A DNA stretch of 44,714 nt from Asterionella formosa (taxonomy: Eukaryota): assembly GCA_002256025.1 (NCBI GenBank), contig NKIB01014326.1, positions 1 to 44,714 of the forward strand, read 5' to 3'. The position numbers and the translations under genes are program-made. The notes under the pieces are model-generated. The model saw only the letters and a list, made by a program, of their open reading frames with translations, made no database searches and had not been told where the DNA came from. Shown here piece after piece: positions 11,431-22,582 of the stretch (positions within the stretch are counted from its first letter, which is position 1; every line of letters starts with the position of its first letter).

Positions 11431-12992
11431 GTTGATGGCCTCGGTGCTATCAAGACCAATAGAATTATAATTGAAAGCAACTGTAGTCAATGCAGCATTG
11501 ACCTTGACAGCCTCTACAATAGGCTGGCGCCGACAACATCAATTGAAGTCGATATTTCGATTCAAATAATGACACCGGTCTATGACGTTCGATTTCGTAC
11601 AAGGTCACTCCATCAGCCGCCATGGCTGTACTTATGATCGAACAGCACAAAGGATGTCCCGTTACGGGTTTCGATACAGGTACCCACGTTGAGATTGATT
11701 ATCGTGGGTAAATTACGTGGAAATACTACAGAGCATTTTCTACATATGCAGCGACATAAAACAATAGAAAAAAGCAAGACGTGTTACCATAATAAATTTA
11801 TTTACTAGCGATGTACTGGTACCCACATTGATACACAGCTAAGCAAGGAATGTTGGTGTTGATATAGAGGGAAAAACGATATATTAAGTTAAATTATAGA
11901 CACTCCTCCATGTTGAGACAAAACTGTTTACATCCCAACCTGGTGGTTTTGAAAACCACTGGGATGGAAGATATCTCAGACAAAAGCGAAGAAGTGGCTG
12001 ACGAAGATGACAATCACAGTCACATAGACGAGGTAATCTTTCAATAAAAAATTTCACTAGTATTGACAACAAAAATTTGAAATTGCCCCTAGAATTCTTT
12101 TCGTCGTTTTTACTCAGTTTTGAGGATATGAGCCAAACCGATGCATCGTTGAGTTCGTGGTGACTACCTTGATAACTTTTATATATAATTATTTCTATAT
12201 TCTGCATACTAAATAGATGAGAAAACTTAAGGAAAAGAAGTTTCGGAGAGGGTGCAGCATCTCAAAATGCAAGAAAATACTTCAATGTTTAATTTTTTTA
12301 AACTGAGTTTCATGTACACACTAATTGTTGTGGTTCATCTATCTATGGAATCTTGATTAGTAGGTCATTTTGAATTTTAACATAAACAGACATATAGACA
12401 TGCAACAATACACTGCTTGTTTCTTATCGACTAAAAAATTGGATTGTGTGAAGTTCATGAGTTCGCCTGACTGAGGGTTTGTCCATTTTTGGAAACTTTT
12501 ATGCAAAAATTGCATTCTTTCTTGCTCCATGTGTGATTAGATTTCTTTCAATTTTGACTTGTACTCCTCAAAGTCCAATTTAAGTGAAACACTTACACTC
12601 TGCTCCTCTTCATCCTCAACAGGTTCATTGAATTTCGAATGGACCAGTGCTGGGAGGGCCTTCTTGTCATGTATATCTTCGGAAAGCATCTTGATGGAAA
12701 GGGTATCCAAGTTTTCTTTGGCACATTGTTAAATATTCATGCAGATGTCAGGGTTGGCGTGGAGGGAGGAAAATAGATCATTGGAGTTGACTCTCAGTGC
12801 ATGTGTGGCAATTGTGAGTCCTTGGTTGGTTAATCTCTTGGTTGCGGTTGGCTAATCTCTTGGTTGCAACAGCTCAACAATGTTCCCAGGTCCAGATATT
12901 CATGTTTTCTTTTGCAATTAGGAGTGAGAGGACAATGTATTTGCTTTTTTTGGGTGTTCCAGGTGTAATGATGAGTGATGTCATCGTTTTGG

Positions 12993-13069
12993 TAAAGTGG
13001 GTTGCGATTATGGATTAATGGGAGGCATCCATAAAGTGGGTTGAGATTATGGATCAATGGGAGGTATCC
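12993..13069. repeat. 39-bp tandem duplication
   Basis: taaagtgggttg(c/a)gattatggat(t/c)aatgggagg(c/t)atcc at 12993 and 13032. Confidence 0.8.
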
Positions 13070-14341
13070 TGATCTGGAGTTATTGTTTGCTTGCCTGAAG
13101 ATTTCTATTTATTTTGTGATTGCATTCAGGGTGGATTCATTTGGTAGGAGTTTGATGAGTTTCTTGGCACCAGGGGATTCCCACTGTGTTGTTTTTTGTT
13201 GCTGAATGTGGTTGCTGCTGCTGAGAGAAGTGGATGATTGTTCCAGGGGTAAGGATGACTCAAATGGTGAGTCCGCTAGCTGGATGTCGTTGCTCAGTCC
13301 CAAGTCTTCGACTTGGCACAATGAAGTAGTAGCTCGTTTTGATGAAACATCAGTCCCCCCTCTAGCTTTCCTTCCCTCCTGCTGCAGCAAGATGAATTTA
13401 ACAATTGCTCCTTCTCCTTCTCCTCTTTGTTACTCACTTGTCCTTCTCCTTTGCCTTGGATTCAATGCTTCTACTAGACTAGAAATAATAATTATACTAT
13501 TGGAATCAAAAATAGTACATAGTGAAACTTCTTTCTCCAATAGTCGAGGCAGGTTAAGGACTACTACCACTAGATGATATCATGTGGCCATCCTCATGAC
13601 CCCAACTTCCACTTCTTAGCAGCCTCTTCAATGGAACACATTTATCTTCCCATTTAGCTAATTTTTCATATGTAGGAAGCGTAAGAAGTGCTGATGTTGC
13701 CTTTCCTGTAATAAAAATAAATATTTGCCTACTTTTGCCCTTTGTTTGATACTCATGTCAAAATACCATCACCTTCTTGCCTGTAAAAATCTCGACCTCA
13801 TTTGCTTCCAAAGATAGATTTGAAAACACCATATTGAGATCATACCTTTTCAATCTATTAGTATTGCATTGTATCATGGTTTCATCAATAGAGTACTTGA
13901 AGATATTGCCTGAATTGATTGACTGGTAACCAAACACCATGAATGGCAGGGTTGCTGATGGCAGCCATAACTGATATTGCAATAACTTTTGGAATATCTT
14001 GTGAAAAGTGATTCCCCAAAAGAATTGCACTTGTGACTAGACGAATGAATCTAAAAGCCTTTGGGGAATCACTTTGGCATAAGAAACAGCAGTGATATTG
14101 AGCAACATGGTGAGGCAATGGAAGGAAAGAAATCGGCATGATATTCCTTGCACCTATAGAGAAAAGGTTAATATATTGTACCAGTTCTACATGGGCTACT
14201 ATAATTATTATTTTGATGCAACCAGCTGTAGCTAATACACAGTATACAATTCACTACAAGCAGATGAAAGAACCACAAGAATTGACAAGAAACTCACCAA
14301 ACCAATAACAGTTGATTTGCATTCAACACAATTTAGCATCT

Positions 14342-17011
14342 TCAGCTTTCCAGTTTGTTAGCTGAATCTTCTAAAGGCACTTCAAGTTGGGAAGCACAGG
14401 AGCCAAGACGAGATTGATTTGACATGCGTTGGGACTTTAGACCTTTTGCCTCTCTATAGCTCAAAGAAGCTCGATTGAGCTCATGTCCATTCTCTCTGAA
14501 AGACATAGACGATTGTCTGTGGACCCAAAAGTCATCATTTCTCATCACCTTTGATGTTCCAGTACGTGTTTCATGTTCTTCTACGGTATTTTGTCCATCA
14601 GCTTGTTGGGAATCATTTTTTGAACGATGCTGTGCAACCGTAATTCTACGAGTTGAGAAGTTGTGTTCTTTTCGTAATTTGCGCACTGCACGCTGCAAAG
14701 CCTTGGGGATAAAGGTGGGTAGCAAGATAGTGAAACAAATAATGGCAACCAGCAACGATCTGACCAGAAAGTTGGCAGTCGGGTTGTCGTAGACAAGGAA
14801 TAGCATGGGACTGCCAAGGATTAAGGCCTCGAGGATGCCAGCATTTGTCAACGTGACGTAAAAGGATTCATTAAAGTCACTGGGGAGATTCCGGGCCAAA
14901 AAACATTGGTAGTTTGCAAATAATAGCGCTGCAAGGTTGACAACAAAGAGTGCAACGATGACAGAAGTTTGCACTGCCTTTTCCATGTTTCCCTCTTGTT
15001 TAAAGCAAACGCCATAGCTTTCGATGGAACGGCCAAACGAGTCGAAATTTTGAACTTGAACGCGACTGTATGTCAATGGGGCGACCGTTGTCAAGACAAC
15101 AAGTAATGCAATATTGATCGTCATCATAATCACAAATGGCAGCAGCACATCTCTTGCTTTGACTTGGGTTCGACGGAATCCCTGACCATGTTTAAACAAT
15201 CGATTCAACCGCATCGTTTTGGAGAAGAGGGCAGCGAACGATGTAACAAAACCGATCGACAATAACCAAAGTGTTGACATGCAAGCAATGTCAAGACCGT
15301 GCTGAGATATAGGTTCTTGCATAGACATGGGGATAATAGATGCACCAAATATGATTGTTCCGATACACAACTGACCGAGAAAGATAGGTTGCGATGCTCG
15401 TACAATGTCGGCTTTGCGATTTTTCCACGTCCATGCACACCATCCAAGTGAACACAAAATGGTCGCAGCGCAAAGCACGAGACCGACAACACGAACGGGA
15501 GTTGTTATCAAATTCAAATTCTCGTCAAATGGGGGTAGTGCCTGGGGTGGGATTGTCGAGTTGTCAGCGTAAACAAAGGGTAATATTTCCGTGATAATAT
15601 GAGCTGATCGAAAGTCAATGTTGACTGCCACGTTCCCTGTAAAGCTGTAGTTATCTTGAGCGGAAAATGCATCCGACAAAAGTAAGTTTTGGATGTTATA
15701 ACTGAGGTCGTCCGCATTCCTAGTTCCTGATATATTCTTGAATGACACATGTCCTGAGACTCCTTCAAATTCTAAAGCCACAAGGGTTCGATAGAGTTCT
15801 GGTCCGGTGAAAAATTTATTGTCTGCGCGGCAAGCCGCAAGACCGAGACTGATCGCCGCATCATAGTAAAGATATTGATAGATCGACCTCCCAGGATATG
15901 TCCAATCAAAACCATCAAAAATAGGTGCATCACGGTGTTTGCTAACAAACACTTGCTGAAGATCAGTATTATTTTGGAAAATCGCCAAAGCCTCCTCGAA
16001 TTTAAGATAAGTAGGCGTAGTCGGGGACAAGACTCCAGTGCCATGCATAGCCCGGGCTAAATCTCTTTCCGTCTCGCGATTCAATGTAAATCCAGGTTGT
16101 GCTAACGCCAAGGACGTGTCGGATAGCAACCAAGTGTACCCAAATTGACCCAAAATTCCAGCATCGATAGCACTCCGAGCAACTGTCTTCCAGGAAGGTG
16201 GATTAAAAATGCCAAAAATGTATCTTACACCAGATTTACGTATTCGCTCTGTAGCATTGGATATACTATCATTGCCTTTGTCATCCTTAAATTGTGCGCT
16301 CACAACAGTGATGCCTCGTAAATATGCTTCTTTCGCAATGAATCCATTGTAAGCAGTACCATATGAATCTCCAATGTATATAACACCGAAATGAGTAACT
16401 TTCAGACTTTCCAAATAAATCAGAAGTGCTTTTGCGTCTCCCTCATTGGTAGGAACAGTTCTCGCGAAGAATGGATACGTATCCTTGTTATCAAGTGATG
16501 CTGATGTGCTTGATCCAGAGATTTGCGGCAACTCGTAACTTCCAGCGAGTATGGCTATAGTTTGACTGACAGTCGACCTGGCATCACCAAACAACGCGGT
16601 AGGTAGCGGAGTACCTGACAGCTTGTGAGAGTTCTGCGCATCTTGAAGGTTCCTAGCTGCCTCAATGGGACTGAATTGTGTATCTCGCAGGTCCACAGTC
16701 AGTTGAACATCACAATCTTGCAACAAGTCGGACAGGCCCGGCAGCACTGTTGGATCTCGATCATTAAAGTGTTTCATTGCCAGATAGCTAGCTGCTTCAA
16801 GGTAGACTCTATAGCTACTTATAGTCCTTATCTCCTGGCCGTGTTCGTCCGTTGCTGTTGACGACAATGGAAGCAACGACAGTATATGACATTGTCGTAG
16901 CGTCCCATTGACTAGAATAACTGCGGAGCCCTCGCGAGTCTCGACGCTGCGCTCTCCTTCTTGGGCCATGTCGTTGAAACGACCACTTCTTGTGATATTG
17001 ATCCTATACAT
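14342..17011 (-). CDS. Class C GPCR (GABA-B receptor-like): ANF/Venus-flytrap ligand-binding domain plus 7TM_3; true start uncertain
   Basis: Ligand-binding motifs LPQISGSSTSASLDNKDTYPFFARTVP, YDAAISLGLAAC and FEGVSGHVSF. 7TM motifs IVRASQPIFL, ACM..LWLLSIGF..F.ALFSKT.RLN and ARNLPSDFNES.Y. Confidence 0.92.
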   Translation of the reverse strand: MYRINITRSGRFNDMAQEGERSVETREGSAVILVNGTLRQCHILSLLPLSSTATDEHGQEIRTISSYRVYLEAASYLAMKHFNDRDPTVLPGLSDLLQDCDVQLTVDLRDTQFSPIEAARNLQDAQNSHKLSGTPLPTALFGDARSTVSQTIAILAGSYELPQISGSSTSASLDNKDTYPFFARTVPTNEGDAKALLIYLESLKVTHFGVIYIGDSYGTAYNGFIAKEAYLRGITVVSAQFKDDKGNDSISNATERIRKSGVRYIFGIFNPPSWKTVARSAIDAGILGQFGYTWLLSDTSLALAQPGFTLNRETERDLARAMHGTGVLSPTTPTYLKFEEALAIFQNNTDLQQVFVSKHRDAPIFDGFDWTYPGRSIYQYLYYDAAISLGLAACRADNKFFTGPELYRTLVALEFEGVSGHVSFKNISGTRNADDLSYNIQNLLLSDAFSAQDNYSFTGNVAVNIDFRSAHIITEILPFVYADNSTIPPQALPPFDENLNLITTPVRVVGLVLCAATILCSLGWCAWTWKNRKADIVRASQPIFLGQLCIGTIIFGASIIPMSMQEPISQHGLDIACMSTLWLLSIGFVTSFAALFSKTMRLNRLFKHGQGFRRTQVKARDVLLPFVIMMTINIALLVVLTTVAPLTYSRVQVQNFDSFGRSIESYGVCFKQEGNMEKAVQTSVIVALFVVNLAALLFANYQCFLARNLPSDFNESFYVTLTNAGILEALILGSPMLFLVYDNPTANFLVRSLLVAIICFTILLPTFIPKALQRAVRKLRKEHNFSTRRITVAQHRSKNDSQQADGQNTVEEHETRTGTSKVMRNDDFWVHRQSSMSFRENGHELNRASLSYREAKGLKSQRMSNQSRLGSCASQLEVPLEDSANKLES

Positions 17012-17193
17012 GAAACGACCAAACTGTGGTTTGTACTACCGGTATGAACTTGCCTAAAGTACGACTATATTTCCGGTACAATGCACGGCAGTTCCGACAT
17101 AATGCCAGCATTAAATAAATTATAGAATTGCCTACACATGTTCCATAAATAACACATACGATATGATATGAAATGGAATACTGATTAGAACCT

Positions 17194-17283
17194 GCAAGTT
17201 GTCGTAACTTTGCTGCAGATAAATATTTTGTTATCTTTATTCGATATTGAATTGTTTCTTCAAGCAAAATGACCTCAACTTGC
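17194..17283. mobile_element. ~90-bp MITE-like copy upstream of the GPCR
   Basis: Imperfect ~21-bp TIRs GCAAGTTGTCGTAACTTTGCT ... AGCAAAATGACCTCAACTTGC. The interior is similar to the copies at 2215-2397. Confidence 0.65.
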
Positions 17284-18266
17284 TGGTACCTGGTACCGGG
17301 CACACCTGACACTACATGGTACCAGGTACTTGGATGCTGTCATACAAGTTCCTTCTGTAAATGATGTGAAAACATGATTCTACAGAGTCATTGGAATCTT
17401 GTTATTTAATTAAATTGATATATATATACTTAGCTATTTTATTTGTTGCCGGTGCTCCAACGATCGCTCCTTCACAACAAAACAACACAGTCGGAATATA
17501 AAGGGATGTGCGATTGCTTTATGACTCTATGATTATCTCGTATCTGTGCGGCCCTGCTGGAACATCACAAGAATCCATGCGGAACCATCAAATTTGTTCA
17601 AAGCGTCGTACCGGTACTCCTTCCCGCATGCGGGTATCTTCTTCTTACGTAGAACTTACCTGTTGTACAGAACTACTTATACCTATCTTTGCTAGCCTTC
17701 TTGCTAGTTTTTGCTATTGCCCTTTCTCTGTCCATTCTCACTGTTTCTTAAATTAATTAGCATACTCTAACACCTAGTTTCAATCCCATTTATCACACTT
17801 GGAGAAACCTTTTTTGGTGTTTCCTTTACGCTAATGCTAACCTTGGTCTGATTGATCTGAAACATCAATATCATTAGCTAATTTCTTGACATGGGAATGC
17901 TCAATTTGATTCATTGGAATGTAATAAAGTCCACAATTCTCGTATCTCACAATAGTCATCGATACTATATTCTTTACAAAATGTTACAGTGTAAAGCTTA
18001 AAGAATGATTCTCATATGTTTTGGCCTTCACTGATGCTACCAGAAGTAATAAATGCTGATCATGGCTGACACAGCTATTACTTGCTTCTTTTTCATCTGC
18101 CAGCAGTAATGCTCTAGTCTAACTAATATTTCTGTGTCATTTGAGAATATGCATGTTATTTACACATACTGTTGCCTAGCTAGTATTGTACAGGCCATAG
18201 GAAATGACTACCAGCAAGCAATGTTGTAAACTAGTCTACCAGTGTACTGGTACCTGGTACATGGAA

Positions 18267-19069
18267 CACTCTCTGGGCGAAAACAATTGCTTCAATTCTT
18301 AAAATTTCTCCGAACCCATTTCTTAGCCTCCTAAGATTTTCTCCAGATCAATTTCCCTAGTGAGCGCAATCACATAAGTTACAGATCCATGTTTAATATA
18401 TAAAGCAAATGTAGAATTGGCAACTACATATGTAATAAAACGTTTTTGGGCTTTCTCGATTTTCACTTGTGGCTTTCTCGAGCAAAATGCAGATGCATTA
18501 TGACACATTTTTCTTCGAACCATCTATTCTCAACAAAAACACAAAGTACGATATAGGACAACGATAACCCATTCGATTATGGAATGCACAACCGTGAAAG
18601 TGGCGATTGTGGGAAGGAAGAAGAAAACGACGGTATGCTCGTTTTGATGATTAGAACCATTAAATATCTGGCAGTTTGGTCCATGTAAATGTAGCAACTG
18701 TAGAAAATATGCGGAATGACAGTAATTCATTTTATGTTACAATTGTGATAGTGACATGTTGTATTCGGCTCCCTGCAAATATTTGAGTGGCAGGTCGATG
18801 TAGAACAGAATGATTTGGCAATATGTGCATGTATGGAATGTATCTTTGTATGTTAAATTGTTTTCGAATACTTTATTTAGATGATAATAATTTAATTAGA
18901 GAGACAGAATATATGTTCTTGTCTATGTAACTCTAAAAAGCGCATTTTTTGGAGTACGCCGACCCTTATGTAGAAAGATGATATATTGGCTACGTAATCC
19001 TTCATATGGAAACAGTCAGGACACTAGCGGTTTCGTTGATTTGGAGAAATTGTTTTCGCCCAGAGGGAG
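18267..19069. mobile_element. Non-autonomous Tc1/mariner (Stowaway-like) DNA element, ~800 bp
   Basis: ~29-bp imperfect TIRs CACTCTCTGGGCGAAAACAATTGCTTCAA and TTGGAGAAATTGTTTTCGCCCAGAGGGAG, followed by TA on the right. CTCCCTC termini with TA are the Stowaway/mariner signature. The interior is AT-rich and non-coding. Confidence 0.75.
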
Positions 19070-19107
19070 TACCACAAATAAGTATTACTACAATGATAGT
19101 TATACCT

Positions 19108-19188
19108 GCATGTTGTGATACTTGTGTGACGCTAAATATTTAGCTATCTTTAACCAATATCAAATTGTTTTAAATGACCGCAACTGGC
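19108..19188. mobile_element. Diverged copy of the ~90-bp MITE-like repeat
   Basis: GCATGTTG...TAAATATTTAGCTATCTTTAACCAATATCAAATTGTTTTAAATGACCGCAACTGGC aligns with the copy at 17194. Confidence 0.55.
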
Positions 19189-20957
19189 TGATGGTTTCAC
19201 TCACTTAGGCATCTGCTTGCTACTGGTCAGAAATTGTTGCTTGGAAACTGAACTAAGCCTCATGATTTCCAACAAATTCTAACCAGCTTAACATTTCCAT
19301 TAACACACAAATGTACTGCATTCACCTTCATCTAGTCATTCAAAAACATTTGTTTTTGCAACACTTTCTTTCAGGCAAAAGTGATGAATACAAAGGCTGC
19401 TATCAGGGCAGAGTATGCAAGGCAGCTTGGAAGCTCATTCTATACCTAGGTGGCAAATATCCCAATTTGTATTTCGCGCAAAGAACTCGAAAGGGAAAAA
19501 CTGATAAGAGTGTTGCTCATCTTGATCTATTCAAAAGGTTCAAGAACATAATCCCTGAAGATAGATATCATGTCGATGTTTCGAAAATGTTTGATAATTT
19601 ACCTTACCTGCAAACTTATGATGTTGAGACGAGTACAAGTGTTATGACTGACAGAGGTGTCATAAGTATGACAAGTGTCTTGGGAAATGAGCTCACTCCA
19701 ACAAAACAAAACCAATTACCTCTTTTGTTTGTAATGAAGAGAAACATGAAACTCAGGGTCAAGTGACCTCTTTTGTTCATAATGCTGAGCAAGATGAATC
19801 TCAAGGTCAAGGACTTGTTGGTGGGATTTGCATTGACTGGCAAGTCATCAACAGTGAAAACCTTTTTGTTGATTGCAGTAAAGTTGTCTAGTCCATTTGC
19901 TGCTGTGATGTTATTCGAAATCTCCTGAACATTTGGTATTGTGGTGCATGCTTCCCTGCACAGCTCCGATGTTCAGGAAAAAATTAGGCAACAAAAATAC
20001 TCATGAATAAGATTTAACGTTACTTATATTAAGCGCTTTAAGACTACACATTTGCTAGAAAGGTAGACTGTGTAGCGCTTCTTGGCACTGCCACCCCTAA
20101 TGTTCATGTACTTGATATGTACTTCCTTACCAACCCAGGATCATCCCAACAAATCATGGTGACTTCGGGCGCTGGTGCATGGGGATCTGTATTGGTTTCA
20201 ATCGTCCGCATGATGGTACAACAACGGAAACCTGTCTTTTTCTAATTCATTAGCCGCATCCCCGGAACCCTAGGGACTAAATGAAACAGTGCAAAGACCG
20301 CGACTCTAGAAATAGACTAGTAAAAATGCGCTATTAAAATGATTAACACATAATAATATGCGATAATTATGACAATAATACTACTAGTCATAGAGGACGC
20401 ATCAACTTGTATTTCATTGGTGTATGAGATAATGATTACCGGTATGGTATGTAAATTTCAAGTCATTCTGATTGTTGGAGACAATTTTCGTTTGCCCAAA
20501 GATTATCTTCGGAAAGAAATGAGCGAAGTTTGATCTTCGAAATACGAAGATTGTGTCAGTACGGGAATACCCCAACAAATCTTCGGGCAAACAATGATTA
20601 ATCTTCGTATAGCTGGGTGCAATTTTTGGGGAACCAGGTAGACCCTGTAGACTAGTATTAGCATAAACCCTATACCTACTATGGCATAAAATATTTTGCG
20701 CCTGGATTGGCATGTTATAATCACATCCACTATGTTGTTATTATTCTGTTGCTTTACTCAACAATAGAACATCCTCCCACGCCGCTTCAATTAGCCTTCT
20801 TTCCGCCATGAGTAGCGCTACTAAATGTCAATGAAATTTTATAGTGCATTAAAGCTTTCCAATAATTGCACTCGGGCCCACCAAATAGATGGACACAATT
20901 AGTGCCGGTTTTATTCGTCCGTACGGTACAATGGGACCTGTCTTTTCGTCAGCCGCA

Positions 20958-20964
20958 TGGGGGG

Positions 20965-21005
<41 letters not shown>

Positions 21006-21052
21006 CGGGGGGGGGGGGGGNNNNNNNNNNATCCCCCCACCCCCCCCCCCCC
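20958..21052. other. Assembly gap (N 21021-21030) flanked by poly-G and poly-C
   Basis: 10 N with a long G run on the left and a C run on the right. Confidence 0.9.
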
Positions 21053-22100
21053 GGAATCCTAGGGACCACATGAAAAAGACAGGTGGAGAATGCATGAATC
21101 GAACCCACCACACCTTTGAATGCATGCTAACTAACTAAGCAACCCCCCTTAATACTCATGAATATAATTTATATAATAAGCTATCTCGTTGATTTATTGA
21201 AGTACCAGTTGCTAGGAGAGTATAGAGTACACCCAGTAGTAGGAGCGAGTTAGTTGAGATCCTTGCAGAGCTTTGATGGACCATACCAACCGTTTGAGAT
21301 TGCCATGTCATAGTACAGCTCTGAATTTGCTAAATGGAACACGAAAATTTTCCCAAAAATGTCCTGCTTCCCATGTTGTCATGCCAAAATGTGAAATTCT
21401 CTTTTTTCACCAACATAAGTCTTGCCTTGACACTTGAGGTCATTTCATTCTTTTTTTGCTTAGCCAATGTTGTTAGTTGCAGATTGCTGAATCCGTGCTT
21501 GTTTCCTCTCTCAGATTGCTTGAACTAGCAACTTGTCCTGGAATAGCTACCAGTTCATTTCGCAATGCAGCTGGTTATTTATATAGAACATTTTAATTAA
21601 GCTAAAATTATGTTGGACTGGTAGCTACGATGGCTACCCAATGTAGTTTCATGATGCATCAAGCCATACAGTTCTACATGAAGAGACTATAGTGAATGTA
21701 CTCTAATTATGTATGCACTCATTAAAAATAAACGTTAGGTTGCCGGCGCAAGTCACAATCTAGCTAAACCAATAGAAATGCTCCTTTTATTTGGCTATCG
21801 TCGGAGTCTTATCAACCTAATACCTGATATTTGGTCGATAAGGGGGTCATCCTCGACCAGCAAGACCAAAGCATATTTGGTCTTGGTCTCGATACAGTGG
21901 CTAAAATATGTTTGCTTTTTCGACCAACACAACGCATCATTACGTGTATAGACCTGCATTTTCAATTGGCTTGGTATTTGGTCGATGCGGTGGCGATGGT
22001 CTACCAGGTAAGACAGGGGAGGGGACTGGTGAGTCAAGGCTCAAAATCCATTTCATATTGTTCTGGTGTCCGAATCCCAGTCGTAAAAACGACTGCCTGG

Positions 22101-22548
22101 AGCGAAGTGCTAGAACAAACACTTGAATGAACAGGAGAGATCAATGATCTCGAGAATAAAATTGCGAAGAAGCGATAACAAGTCGAATAAACTGAAATTA
22201 TGATGTTAAAACTAAGTTTAGACGAAAAAGGTAACCTTGGTGTAAAGGACTCTGAAAAGGTAGAAACAGAGTAGGGTAGTACTTGTGACTTGATTTGGGA
22301 GAGTAGAGTCTACACAACATGAATTCAGTTGCTGTAGCTCTCCATATCCATTGTCGTAGAACGAGGACACGACCTAAAGGAACGAGGTCAAGCAAGGAAT
22401 TCACACTGGTGAGTGTGTGAATGAGGAAAGAATAGTGGTGGGCATGTAGTTTTGTAGTAAGAAATGTACGAGAGCAATAGTCTTTTCGGGACCAGTGTTA
22501 TCTGTGCCTAGCTAACTGGCACTAAGGCATAATAATCGGGTCACGGCT
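22101..22548 (-). repeat. 3' LTR (448 bp)
   Basis: Matches 27272-27720 with 7 substitutions and one 1-bp indel by manual comparison (~98%). Preceded on the minus strand by the PPT. Confidence 0.95.
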
Positions 22549-22557
22549 CTCCCTCTT
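22549..22557 (-). promoter_or_regulatory. Polypurine tract
   Basis: Minus-strand AAGAGGGAG abuts the 3' LTR. Confidence 0.8.
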
Positions 22558-22582
22558 GGGGACGTGAGACAGCACGTATGAG

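Noticed and set aside
11884..14150. Scattered minus-strand ORFs possibly from a decayed gene or transposase
   Set aside because: No recognisable motif, so a call cannot be supported.
19311..19766. 151-aa ORF with a short duplicated segment at its end
   Set aside because: No motif and an AT-rich degenerate context; possibly a relic exon, but unsupported.
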